A stretch of DNA of 64,000 bases, from positions 915 through 64,914 of the forward strand of contig JBBRYX010000025.1 in assembly GCA_038237225.1 (NCBI GenBank), written 5' to 3'. Below the pieces are notes generated by a model. That model was given only the letters and a program-made list of their open reading frames with translations. It was not told where the DNA came from and did no database searches. This document shows, piece after piece, positions 8,032 through 16,342 of the stretch (the first letter of the stretch is position 1; the number at the start of each line of letters is the position of its first letter). This DNA comes from Tepidisphaerales bacterium (GTDB lineage Bacteria > Planctomycetota > Phycisphaerae > Tepidisphaerales > Tepidisphaeraceae). A program made the position numbers and the translations under genes.

Positions 8032-10491
8032 TTACAAATTGCGCCGGCGGCGGAGGAGCAGCGGGACAGCGAGGACGAATAGGGCCACGGTGGGTTCGGG
8101 AACTGGCGAGAAGTTGGCGAGGGTGACGGCGGTGGGCGAGTAGAGGACGTCGAAGTGCCCCGCGGCAATGTCGATGCCGGTTGTGGCATTGGAGAAGCTG
8201 CCCGTGATGTTGGCAGCGGTGAGGATGGGAAATCGATCAGTGGCGAGGGGAATGTAGTCGCCGAGAAGGTCCACGGTGAGCATGCCCTGGAGGGTGGCGG
8301 TGCCGGTGGCGGTGACGAGGTCGAAGAGATATGAGGTTGTGCCGGCGAGTTCGATCTCGAGATTGGCCAAGGCAGTGTGGGCAAAGTTTCCGACGATATC
8401 GAGCTCTCCCGGGGAGTTGCCGGGCGAGAGGGTGCCGTTGTTGATGACGTCGCCTTCGAGGGTTCCCGAACCGTGCACGGCGGTGTTGGCTGGGATGGTA
8501 AGCGGCTGTCCGTTGATGTGGACGAGTCCATTGCTGGTGAAGTGGCCGATGGAGACAAGGGGATCATAACCCGAAGCGAAATTGATGAGCGACCCGGCGA
8601 GTCCGGTGACGGTGGCGTTGGTGGCGCTGGTGATCTGTCCGTGAGAGAAATCGAGGAAGCTGGTAGCACCGGCGGTGAGCGTGGCGGCAGAGTTCGCGAA
8701 GTCGAGCGTGCCGTAGTGCGCGAGGGTTTTGTTGATGGTGAGGTTCCCGCCGGAGAGGGTATAGAGCCCGTTTTTCCCGATGTTGAGGGTCCCCAACCTG
8801 GCGGAGCCGCCGCTCTGGCTGAGCGATCCCGTGCCGGTATAAGATCTGCCAACTAGCGAGTTGAACTCGTCCCAGGCGATGTACGTGACGCCAGGCCGAT
8901 CGCAAACCCCTGAATGCAGCTCATACGACGCGCGTGCGGGAGACGGCGCGCGCACAACGAGCCCCTGAAGTACCTCACCCGTTACCAAGCCGCCGTTTTG
9001 GATGAAGAGTGAACTGCTACTAGTGGAAACGAACAGCGCGCCGGTTATGGTTCCGCCATTGAGCGTGTACGTGGACGTGCCCGGCTGAGAGAAGGCTTGA
9101 ATCCGTCCTACCTGCACGATGCCTCTCACGTCGCCGTTGTTTTGGATCACTGAACCGATGCTCTTCAAGCCAACGGTTAGAGAACTCGCCAAGACCGTTC
9201 CGCCGTTGATGGTAAGACTTCCGCTCCCGTCGTTTCCGACGGCGAGCCGCCCGTTGATGGTGAAAGTTCCTCCGTTGATGATTCCTGCACCGCCTTGATG
9301 GAACTGAACGTTTTCGGCACTCAATGAACCATCGTCAACGAGCAATTGCGCTCCGGCGCCGTTCACGTACAGCGTGGAGAAGGTGGCGTTGGCCCCGGTC
9401 TGGTGGATGGAAGAGCCGCTGGCGACGGTGACGGTGGGAGCGGAGATCGAACCGCCGCCGATGTTCAGTGTGCCTGTAAAATTCACTGAACCAACGTCGA
9501 GCGACGAAGAAACGGACGTCACACCATTGCTTTGGGCGAAGACTCCCGGCGCGGTAGTCGCTACGGAAAACGATGGAACAAAAATGGACCCACCGTTGTT
9601 GGCAGAAGTGAGATCGTTGATGGCAATGGAATTTGCGCCCGTCCTTGCGTCAAACATACCGGGTGCGGCGACGTCAATGCCACCGGTGAGGCTCACGGAA
9701 GAACCGACGGCTGGCATCACCGTAGCGGTTACGCTGAGATGCTGAGGGATAATCCCGCTGATATATTGAATCGCGCCCGGGTCGTTGACCTGATTTGCGC
9801 GGATGGTGACGGGGCTGTTAACAAACACGCGAGAATCGTTACCCGTCAATGCCTTCGGCTTTCCCTCGTTGTAGAGAAGGACGCCGTAATTCAGATACTG
9901 CGTCTTATACACAGTCGGGATGTATGAGATTTCGGTAGAAGGCGCGGCGAGCGACGTCGCGGTGAATTGTGTTTGTCCAATGAAAAACTCGGTGGCCGGG
10001 CTATTGTTGAAGGCCGGGCCGGAAGCTCGAGGGTAATAATACGTGTTGGTATTAACGCCAATATCGAGATCGCCGTCACCGTCGGAATCACTCTGTACGC
10101 CTCGGCTGCCAGCGTTGAAGGGGGATGGTCCGGTCAACCCGAGCAGATCGCCCTGCAGCCCGCCGCTCGAACTTCGCAAAGCGCCCATTGTGCTTTGGAA
10201 ACCGTCATCAATGAAAGAGGGACCCGTTTGGAATACCGTGGCGAAGAGATCAAGGGTGACGATGTCCCCCCCCTTGCTAACGTAGGCTTCTTTTGCGTTG
10301 GTGCCGTGGACACGGAGGTCGAAACTCACCAAATACGGATTGGCCTGTGCCAGCAATGGCGTTGCAGACGCGGCTAAAGATAGCGCGGTGGCTGCGGTGA
10401 TTCTGCGGTTGAATGTTTTGCGAGCCGCGATGACGTGCCCCCTTTTGTTGAGGTGACATGAGTATAAGGCGCGATGCGGCAAACGCAACAA
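8032..10491 (-). CDS. PEP-CTERM sorting-domain surface protein with autotransporter-associated beta-strand (PATR-like) GG[ST] repeats
   Basis: C-terminus ...FSPVPEPTVALFVLAVPLLLRRRRNL (PEP motif + TM + Arg cluster). Internal GGTxxxG repeat blocks. TTG start at 10491; the exact start is uncertain. Confidence 0.75.
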   Translation of the reverse strand: MLRLPHRALYSCHLNKRGHVIAARKTFNRRITAATALSLAASATPLLAQANPYLVSFDLRVHGTNAKEAYVSKGGDIVTLDLFATVFQTGPSFIDDGFQSTMGALRSSSGGLQGDLLGLTGPSPFNAGSRGVQSDSDGDGDLDIGVNTNTYYYPRASGPAFNNSPATEFFIGQTQFTATSLAAPSTEISYIPTVYKTQYLNYGVLLYNEGKPKALTGNDSRVFVNSPVTIRANQVNDPGAIQYISGIIPQHLSVTATVMPAVGSSVSLTGGIDVAAPGMFDARTGANSIAINDLTSANNGGSIFVPSFSVATTAPGVFAQSNGVTSVSSSLDVGSVNFTGTLNIGGGSISAPTVTVASGSSIHQTGANATFSTLYVNGAGAQLLVDDGSLSAENVQFHQGGAGIINGGTFTINGRLAVGNDGSGSLTINGGTVLASSLTVGLKSIGSVIQNNGDVRGIVQVGRIQAFSQPGTSTYTLNGGTITGALFVSTSSSSLFIQNGGLVTGEVLQGLVVRAPSPARASYELHSGVCDRPGVTYIAWDEFNSLVGRSYTGTGSLSQSGGSARLGTLNIGKNGLYTLSGGNLTINKTLAHYGTLDFANSAATLTAGATSFLDFSHGQITSATNATVTGLAGSLINFASGYDPLVSIGHFTSNGLVHINGQPLTIPANTAVHGSGTLEGDVINNGTLSPGNSPGELDIVGNFAHTALANLEIELAGTTSYLFDLVTATGTATLQGMLTVDLLGDYIPLATDRFPILTAANITGSFSNATTGIDIAAGHFDVLYSPTAVTLANFSPVPEPTVALFVLAVPLLLRRRRNL

Positions 10492-10553
10492 CGTTTAAAC
10501 TGCTTGGCTCGTCGGTGTCTGACCCTGCCGGAAACACCTTCATAAGGACATTT

Positions 10554-11468
10554 ATGAATGAAGTAATCAAAAGATACTCCGGAAACCCAATCCTCACCCC
10601 TCAGATGATTCCCGGCGCCAATGCGGTGTTTAACTCTTCAGTCGTGCAGTTTGCCGATGCCTATGTCGGCGTGTTTCGGGTCGAGCGAAAGCAGGGCTTC
10701 CAGTCGCTGCGCGTGGCGTGGAGCAACGATGGCATCACCGGCTGGACGTTCGATCCCGATGAAGTGCTCGTGCCGACCGAAGAGCCCTACATCACGTATG
10801 AAGAGGCTCGCTACGATCCGCGGATCACCAAGATTGACGGGGACTACTACATCTGCCATGCGTCAGAGAACCGTTTTGGCTGTCCGATCTCGGTGGCGCG
10901 GACGAAGGACTTTAAGAAGTTCGAAAAGATCGCGATCGCCAGCGAACCAACCAATCGGAACATGGTCCTCTTCCCCGAGAAAATCAACGGTCTCTACGCG
11001 CGCCTCGACCGCCCCTTCGAGTACGGCGGCAAGGGTAATATCTGGATCAGCTATTCGCCGGACCTGGTTTACTGGGGACGCAGCGAGTGCATCATGCAGA
11101 ACCGCGGCTTTGCCTGGGACCAGGGGAAGATCGGTCCCGGCGCGCCGCCGATCAGGACGAAGGAGGGCTGGCTGGTGATCTATCACGGCATCACGCCGCG
11201 GGTGAATGCGCAGATTTACAAGGCCGGCGTGGCGCTGCTCGATTTGGAGGATCCGCGGAAAGTGATCGCGCGGGGAAAGGAGTATCTCATGGCCCCGCGC
11301 GAGATGTATGAGCGCGTGGGGGATGTGCCCAACGTGGTCTTCCCGACGGCGGTGATCCCCTATCACGAGAAGGATGAATGCCGGATTTATTACGGAGCGG
11401 CGGATACGGTATTCTGCATGGCGACGGCGAAAATCTCGGAGCTGGTCGAGTTTGCGAAGTCGGGGTGA
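10554..11468 (+). CDS. glycoside hydrolase family 130 protein (beta-mannoside phosphorylase/glycosidase-like)
   Basis: GNPILTP, DPRI, ASENRFGCPISVARTKDF, FPEKINGLYA, SPDLVYWG and YYGAADT resemble GH130 (DUF377). Start set at the ATG 10554 (MNEVIKRYSGNPIL), not the ORF-track start 10458. Confidence 0.8.
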   Translation: MNEVIKRYSGNPILTPQMIPGANAVFNSSVVQFADAYVGVFRVERKQGFQSLRVAWSNDGITGWTFDPDEVLVPTEEPYITYEEARYDPRITKIDGDYYICHASENRFGCPISVARTKDFKKFEKIAIASEPTNRNMVLFPEKINGLYARLDRPFEYGGKGNIWISYSPDLVYWGRSECIMQNRGFAWDQGKIGPGAPPIRTKEGWLVIYHGITPRVNAQIYKAGVALLDLEDPRKVIARGKEYLMAPREMYERVGDVPNVVFPTAVIPYHEKDECRIYYGAADTVFCMATAKISELVEFAKSG

Positions 11469-11540
11469 GAATCAAATCATTGGAACCACGGATGGACACG
11501 GATGGACCGAGCGCTGGCTTCGCCCGCAACCCAAGACGGA

Positions 11541-11616
11541 GATCCACAGATTACGCAGATTTAGAGATTGCAGAGGGACCTTTTCTAATCTGCGCAATCT
11601 GCGAAATCTGTGGATC
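11541..11616. repeat. 21-bp inverted repeat (GATCCACAGATTACGCAGATT / AATCTGCGAAATCTGTGGATC, 1 mismatch) with a 34-bp spacer that contains AATCTGCG direct repeats
   Basis: Read directly, about 70 bp downstream of the GH130 stop. Confidence 0.6.
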
Positions 11617-11636
11617 AACTCCCGATTTCCGAAGAA

Positions 11637-11707
11637 TGTGAACACGGAGGCACGGGGGAAGCGAATTCCTCTGGGTCTCCGTGTCTCTGTGTTCACATTT
11701 TTTCTTT
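11637..11707. terminator. rho-independent terminator, likely bidirectional (GH130 + strand / RND operon - strand)
   Basis: Stem TGTGAACACGGAG ... CTCCGTGTCTCTGTGTTCACA followed by TTTTTTCTTT. It sits between convergent genes. Confidence 0.6.
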
Positions 11708-11730
11708 GGGCGCGCGGCAGGACGGAAGTG

Positions 11731-14700
11731 TTACGGGGAGCGCTCTTGGTGAGCGGGTTGGGTGGGTTGGGGACCGCGGAATTTGGTAACGGTCCAGCGG
11801 ATGACGACGTAGAAGACGGGCGTCAGGAAGATCCCGAAGAACGTGACGCCCAGCATTCCCCAGAACACAACGGTGCCCAGGGCTCGGCGCATCTCGGAGC
11901 CCGCGCCGGTGGCGAGGACAAGAGGGACGACGCCCAGGATGAACGCGAAGCTGGTCATCAGGATCGGGCGGAGGCGAAGTCGCGAGGCTTCAATCGCGGC
12001 CTCAACGTAAGTCTTCCCGTGCTCCTCCTGCTGCTTGGCAAATTCCACGATCAGCACGGCGTTCTTCGCCGACAGACCCACCAACACGATAAAACCGATC
12101 TGGGTGAAGATGTTGTTGTCCTTCCCGCTGAGCCAGACGCCTCCGATCCCGGCGACGAGGCACATCGGGACGATGAGGATGATCGCCGTGGAGAGGGCGA
12201 AGCTTTCGTATTCCGCGGAGTGCGTGAGCCAGACGAACAGCACGCAGAGCGGAAAGATCAGCAGCGCGGTGTTCCCCGCGGCTTTTTCCTGGAAGGCCAG
12301 CTCGGTCCACTCGAAGGCGTAACCCGGAGGCAGCTTTTCGCGGGCCAGGCCTTCCATGATGGCGATGGCCTGACCGGTGCTGACGCCGGTGGCGCCGCCG
12401 CCCTGGATGTCGGCGGCGGGATACAGGTTGTAGCGGCTGATGCGGTCGGGCGCGGTGATCTCTTTCACCTTCACGAATGCGCCGAGAGGAACCATCTGCC
12501 CGGCGTTGTTGCGGGTTTGAAATTGCCCGATGTCGCTGGCGCTGCCGCGGAAGCTGGACTCGGCCTGGGCGATGACCTTAAAGACGCGCCCGAGGAACGT
12601 GAAGTCGTTCACGTATTGCGAGCCGAGGAACACGCCAAGCGTATCCCACACATCCGTCATCGCGACGCCTTGTTGCTTGACGCGCATCCGATCCACTTCA
12701 ACCTTAAGCTGCGGCACGCTGGCGCGGAAGCTGCTGAAGAGCGATTGCAAATCGGGGTGTTCGCGTGCGGCGGCCATCAGACCGTTCGAGGCGGTTTCGA
12801 GCGCTTTGAAGTCGTTGGTGCCGGTGTGATCTTCCACCTGCATTTTGAATCCACCGGCAGGTCCGATCCCGCGCACGGGCGGCGGAGGGAACACGAGCGC
12901 CAAGCCTTCCTGCACTTGAGAAAACTGGCCCATCATTTTTCCAGCCAGCGCCAGCGCTGCCTGCTCCGGATGCTTGGCGCGCTCGTCGAACGGTTTGAGC
13001 GTGACGAACATCGTCGCGGTGTTGGACTGGCTGCCGCCGGTCAGGAACGAGAAGCCGACGATCGCGATCGCGTCTTTAACGCCTTCGTTCTTGCGAGCGA
13101 GCGTCATCAGCCGCTGAACGGTCGCATCCGTCCGCTCGAACGAAGCGGCATCAGGCATCTGGAGGTTGACGAGAAGATAGCCCTGGTCCTGCGAGGGAAT
13201 AAATCCGGTGGGAACGGTCTTGAAGCCGAGGTATCCCACGAACGCCAGGCCGAGATAGACAACGAGCGCCAGGGCGGCAAGCCTGACGATGCGGCGAACA
13301 GCGCCGGTATAGGCGTTGGTCGAGACTTCGAGCGTGCGATTGAAGATCCTGAAGAACCAGCCCAGGACGAAATCGATCACGCGGGTGAACGGATCTCTTT
13401 TCCCGTGCTTGGGACGAAGCAAAAGCGCCGCGAGAGCGGGGCTGAGCGTGAGTGAGTTGAACGCGGAAATCAGCGTCGAGATTGAGATGGTCAACGCAAA
13501 CTGGCGATAGAACTGCCCGGTGATTCCGCTGATGAAGGCCACCGGGATAAAGACCGCGGAGAGCCCGAACGCAATGGCGATGACCGCGGGCGTGACTTCC
13601 GTCATTGCTTTGTACGTGGCATCGCGCGGGGAAAGTCCCTGCTCGATCCAGCGCTCGACGTTCTCCACCACAACGATGGCGTCATCCACGACGATGCCGA
13701 TCGCGAGCACGAGGCCAAAGAGCGAGAGGTTGTTGAGCGAGAAACCGAACACCTTCATAAAAGCAAAGGTGCCGATGAGCGACACCGGAATCGCGAGCAG
13801 CGGGACGAGCGAAGCGCGCCAGCTTTGGAGAAAGACAAGAACCACGATGACCACCAGCGCGATGGCTTCGAGAAGAGTTTGGATCACGTCGCGGATGCTG
13901 TCGCGGACGAAGAGGGTGGTGTCGTAGGGAAGCGCGTAGTCGATGCCGGGCGGGAAGGTTTGCTTGAGTTCCTTCATCCTGGCGTAAATGGCGTTGGCCG
14001 TGTCGATGGCGTTGGAACCGGGCAATTGGAACACCGCGATGCCGACCGCGGGCTGGTTGTTGTAAAGGCTCGCAGTGCTGTAATCGGCGGCGCCAAGTTC
14101 AACCCGCGCGATGTCGCGAATGAGAGTAACCCGGCTGCCTTCCCCGCGCTTGACGACGATCTCCCCGAATTTCGCGGGATCGGAGAGCTGCCCTTCCGCA
14201 TTGACGGTGTATTGAAAATCAGCTGCGCCGGGCGGAAGAGGCTGCGCGCCAACGACGCCGGCGGCGACCTGGACGTTCTGCTCGCGGATCGCGCTGACGA
14301 CGTCCGTGGCGGTGACGCCGCGGGCGGCAAGCTTCTGCGGATCGAGCCAGATGCGCATCGAGTAATCGCGCGCGCCGAAGACGCGGATATCGCCCACACC
14401 CGCCACGCGCGCGATCTGGTCGCGCACCTGCAGCGTCGCGAAGTTGCTCAGATAAAGCCGATCAAACTGCTGCGTCGGCGAATAAAGCTGGATGACCAGC
14501 GTGATATCCGGCGAGCTTTTGCGAACGGTCACGCCCTGCCGGCGAACTTCTTCGGGAAGCTGCGGCTCCGCCAGCGCCACGCGGTTCTGCACCTGAACCT
14601 GTGCGATGTCGAGATTCGTGCCCAGAGCGAAGGTGACGGTCAGTTGAAGCGAGCCGTCGTTGTTGCACTGGCTGGACATGTACAGCATGTTCTCGACGCC

Positions 14701-14916
14701 GTTGAGCTGCTGCTCGATCGGCGTGGCAATGCTGTCGGAGACGACTTGCGCGTTGGCGCCGGGATACCGGGCATTAACGACCACGGTGGGCGGCGCGATC
14801 TCGGGATACTGCGCGATCGGCAAATTAAACAACGCGATCCCGCCCACGAGCACCATCACGATCGACAGCACCGCGGCAAACACTGGACGGTCGATGAAGA
14901 AGTGTGCGAACTTCAT
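11731..14916 (-). CDS. efflux RND transporter permease subunit (HAE1/AcrB family)
   Basis: 1061 aa. N-terminus MKFAHFFIDRPVFAAVLSIVMVLVGG..LPIAQYPEIAPP. 12-TM architecture typical of AcrB. Confidence 0.95.
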   Translation of the reverse strand: MKFAHFFIDRPVFAAVLSIVMVLVGGIALFNLPIAQYPEIAPPTVVVNARYPGANAQVVSDSIATPIEQQLNGVENMLYMSSQCNNDGSLQLTVTFALGTNLDIAQVQVQNRVALAEPQLPEEVRRQGVTVRKSSPDITLVIQLYSPTQQFDRLYLSNFATLQVRDQIARVAGVGDIRVFGARDYSMRIWLDPQKLAARGVTATDVVSAIREQNVQVAAGVVGAQPLPPGAADFQYTVNAEGQLSDPAKFGEIVVKRGEGSRVTLIRDIARVELGAADYSTASLYNNQPAVGIAVFQLPGSNAIDTANAIYARMKELKQTFPPGIDYALPYDTTLFVRDSIRDVIQTLLEAIALVVIVVLVFLQSWRASLVPLLAIPVSLIGTFAFMKVFGFSLNNLSLFGLVLAIGIVVDDAIVVVENVERWIEQGLSPRDATYKAMTEVTPAVIAIAFGLSAVFIPVAFISGITGQFYRQFALTISISTLISAFNSLTLSPALAALLLRPKHGKRDPFTRVIDFVLGWFFRIFNRTLEVSTNAYTGAVRRIVRLAALALVVYLGLAFVGYLGFKTVPTGFIPSQDQGYLLVNLQMPDAASFERTDATVQRLMTLARKNEGVKDAIAIVGFSFLTGGSQSNTATMFVTLKPFDERAKHPEQAALALAGKMMGQFSQVQEGLALVFPPPPVRGIGPAGGFKMQVEDHTGTNDFKALETASNGLMAAAREHPDLQSLFSSFRASVPQLKVEVDRMRVKQQGVAMTDVWDTLGVFLGSQYVNDFTFLGRVFKVIAQAESSFRGSASDIGQFQTRNNAGQMVPLGAFVKVKEITAPDRISRYNLYPAADIQGGGATGVSTGQAIAIMEGLAREKLPPGYAFEWTELAFQEKAAGNTALLIFPLCVLFVWLTHSAEYESFALSTAIILIVPMCLVAGIGGVWLSGKDNNIFTQIGFIVLVGLSAKNAVLIVEFAKQQEEHGKTYVEAAIEASRLRLRPILMTSFAFILGVVPLVLATGAGSEMRRALGTVVFWGMLGVTFFGIFLTPVFYVVIRWTVTKFRGPQPTQPAHQERSP

Positions 14917-16190
14917 CGCTCGGCCCCCGAGTTAGCGGGCGCCGTCGTTTGAGCGGAGCGCGGTGAAGGCAAACGCCTCGTCGTCGGCAGCAATTGAGTC
15001 GCGGGCGAGTTGGGCGCGGTGATCGGGATCTCGTCCACGTTCAGTTGCGTATCCCGCGGATTCACCTTCACCCCCGGGCGGGCGCGCTGGGCGCCGTTGA
15101 TGATGATCCGATCGTCCGGATCAAGGCCTTCCTCAACCGAGCGGTAGCGGCCGAAGAGAACGCCCAGCTTCACGACCCGGCGCTCGACCGCGTTGTCGGC
15201 GCCGACGATGAGCACGAACCGCTGGTCCTGATCGGTCCCGATGGCGAGATCCGGGATCAACAGCGTTCGGTATCGTCCGCTGCCCGGAATACGCACGCGA
15301 GCGAAAAGCCCGGGCGTGAGATAACCCGGCGGAGGGTTGCTAAAAACGCCGCGAGCACGCATGTTTCCGGTTTGCGGATCCAGGCGGTTGTCCACAAAAT
15401 CCACCACGCCTTCATGAGGAAAGCCGGCTTCGCTGGATAGCCGCATGAAGATCGGGATCTTCATGTCCCGGGCGCTGATGCGCTTCTTCTCCTGCGCCAG
15501 GCGCTGATACTTCAGGACCGATTGCTCGTCGACGTCCATGTAGGCGTAGATCGGATCGATCGATGCGATGGTCGTGAGGATCGTGGTCTGGCCTGATCCG
15601 CCATTGATGAGGTTCCCCGCAGTGATAAAAGCGCGGCTGACGCGGCCCGCGATCGGCGCCACGACCTTGGTGTACTCCAGATTCAGCCGAGCCGTTTCGG
15701 CGGCGGCCTGGGCGGCGGTGAGCGCCGCCTGTGCCGACTGCACCTGGAACCTTCGCGTCTCATACTCCTCCTGCGACACCGCCTTGCTGGCGAGGGCTCC
15801 CTCCGCCCGTTTGAACTCGCCTTGGGCTCGTGAAACCTGCGAATCCGCTTGCGCGACCTGCGCCCTGGCCCGATCGAAATCCGCTTTGATGAGTGCCGGA
15901 TCGATGGTGAAAAGAGGATCCCCCTTCTTCACGATAGAACCTTCAACGAAGTGGACGGATTCGATGAACCCGCTCACGCGGGCGCGGACTTCCACGGTTT
16001 CCACCGCTTCGAGATGGCCGGTGTAGTCGTCCCACTCGATCACTTCGCGCTCGACCGGTCGGGCCACGGTTACCGCCGACGGCGGAGGGACCATCGGCGA
16101 TTGACGCTTTTTGCATCCAACCAACGCAATCGAAATGAGTGGTGCGATTGCAAACGTTCGAGATACGCGGCGGAGCCATCGATGGCGCAT
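14913..16190 (-). CDS. efflux RND transporter periplasmic adaptor subunit (lipoprotein, LVGC lipobox)
   Basis: Overlaps the permease gene by 4 nt. Biotin-lipoyl-like and beta-barrel motifs of the membrane-fusion protein (MFP) family. Confidence 0.9.
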   Translation of the reverse strand: MRHRWLRRVSRTFAIAPLISIALVGCKKRQSPMVPPPSAVTVARPVEREVIEWDDYTGHLEAVETVEVRARVSGFIESVHFVEGSIVKKGDPLFTIDPALIKADFDRARAQVAQADSQVSRAQGEFKRAEGALASKAVSQEEYETRRFQVQSAQAALTAAQAAAETARLNLEYTKVVAPIAGRVSRAFITAGNLINGGSGQTTILTTIASIDPIYAYMDVDEQSVLKYQRLAQEKKRISARDMKIPIFMRLSSEAGFPHEGVVDFVDNRLDPQTGNMRARGVFSNPPPGYLTPGLFARVRIPGSGRYRTLLIPDLAIGTDQDQRFVLIVGADNAVERRVVKLGVLFGRYRSVEEGLDPDDRIIINGAQRARPGVKVNPRDTQLNVDEIPITAPNSPATQLLPTTRRLPSPRSAQTTAPANSGAER

Positions 16191-16254
16191 AGGTTTCTAT
16201 TCTAGGCACCCTCCGCCACACGACGCGTTGTAGAATGGAACCTCTGAATAACCT

Positions 16255-16312
16255 CAACCCGCCATCTTCAAACCGGCGTGGCCGCTTCAGCGGCCATGTC
16301 TTCGAGTTATTA
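16255..16312. repeat. ~58-bp intergenic repeat element, copy A (paralog at 20612..20667, ~85% identity)
   Basis: CAACCCGCCATCTTCAAACCGGCGTGGCCGCTTCAGCGGCCATGTCTTCGAGTTATT aligns with the copy at 20612. Contains the hairpin GGCCGCTTCAGCGGCC. Confidence 0.65.
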
Positions 16313-16342
16313 ATTTGAGCTACCAAGAGATCTCGAATCTCA

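Noticed and set aside
11374-13455. 693-aa + strand ORF
   Set aside because: Shadow ORF opposite the RND permease gene. Arg/Gly/Glu-rich low-complexity translation. The same applies to 13825..14952.
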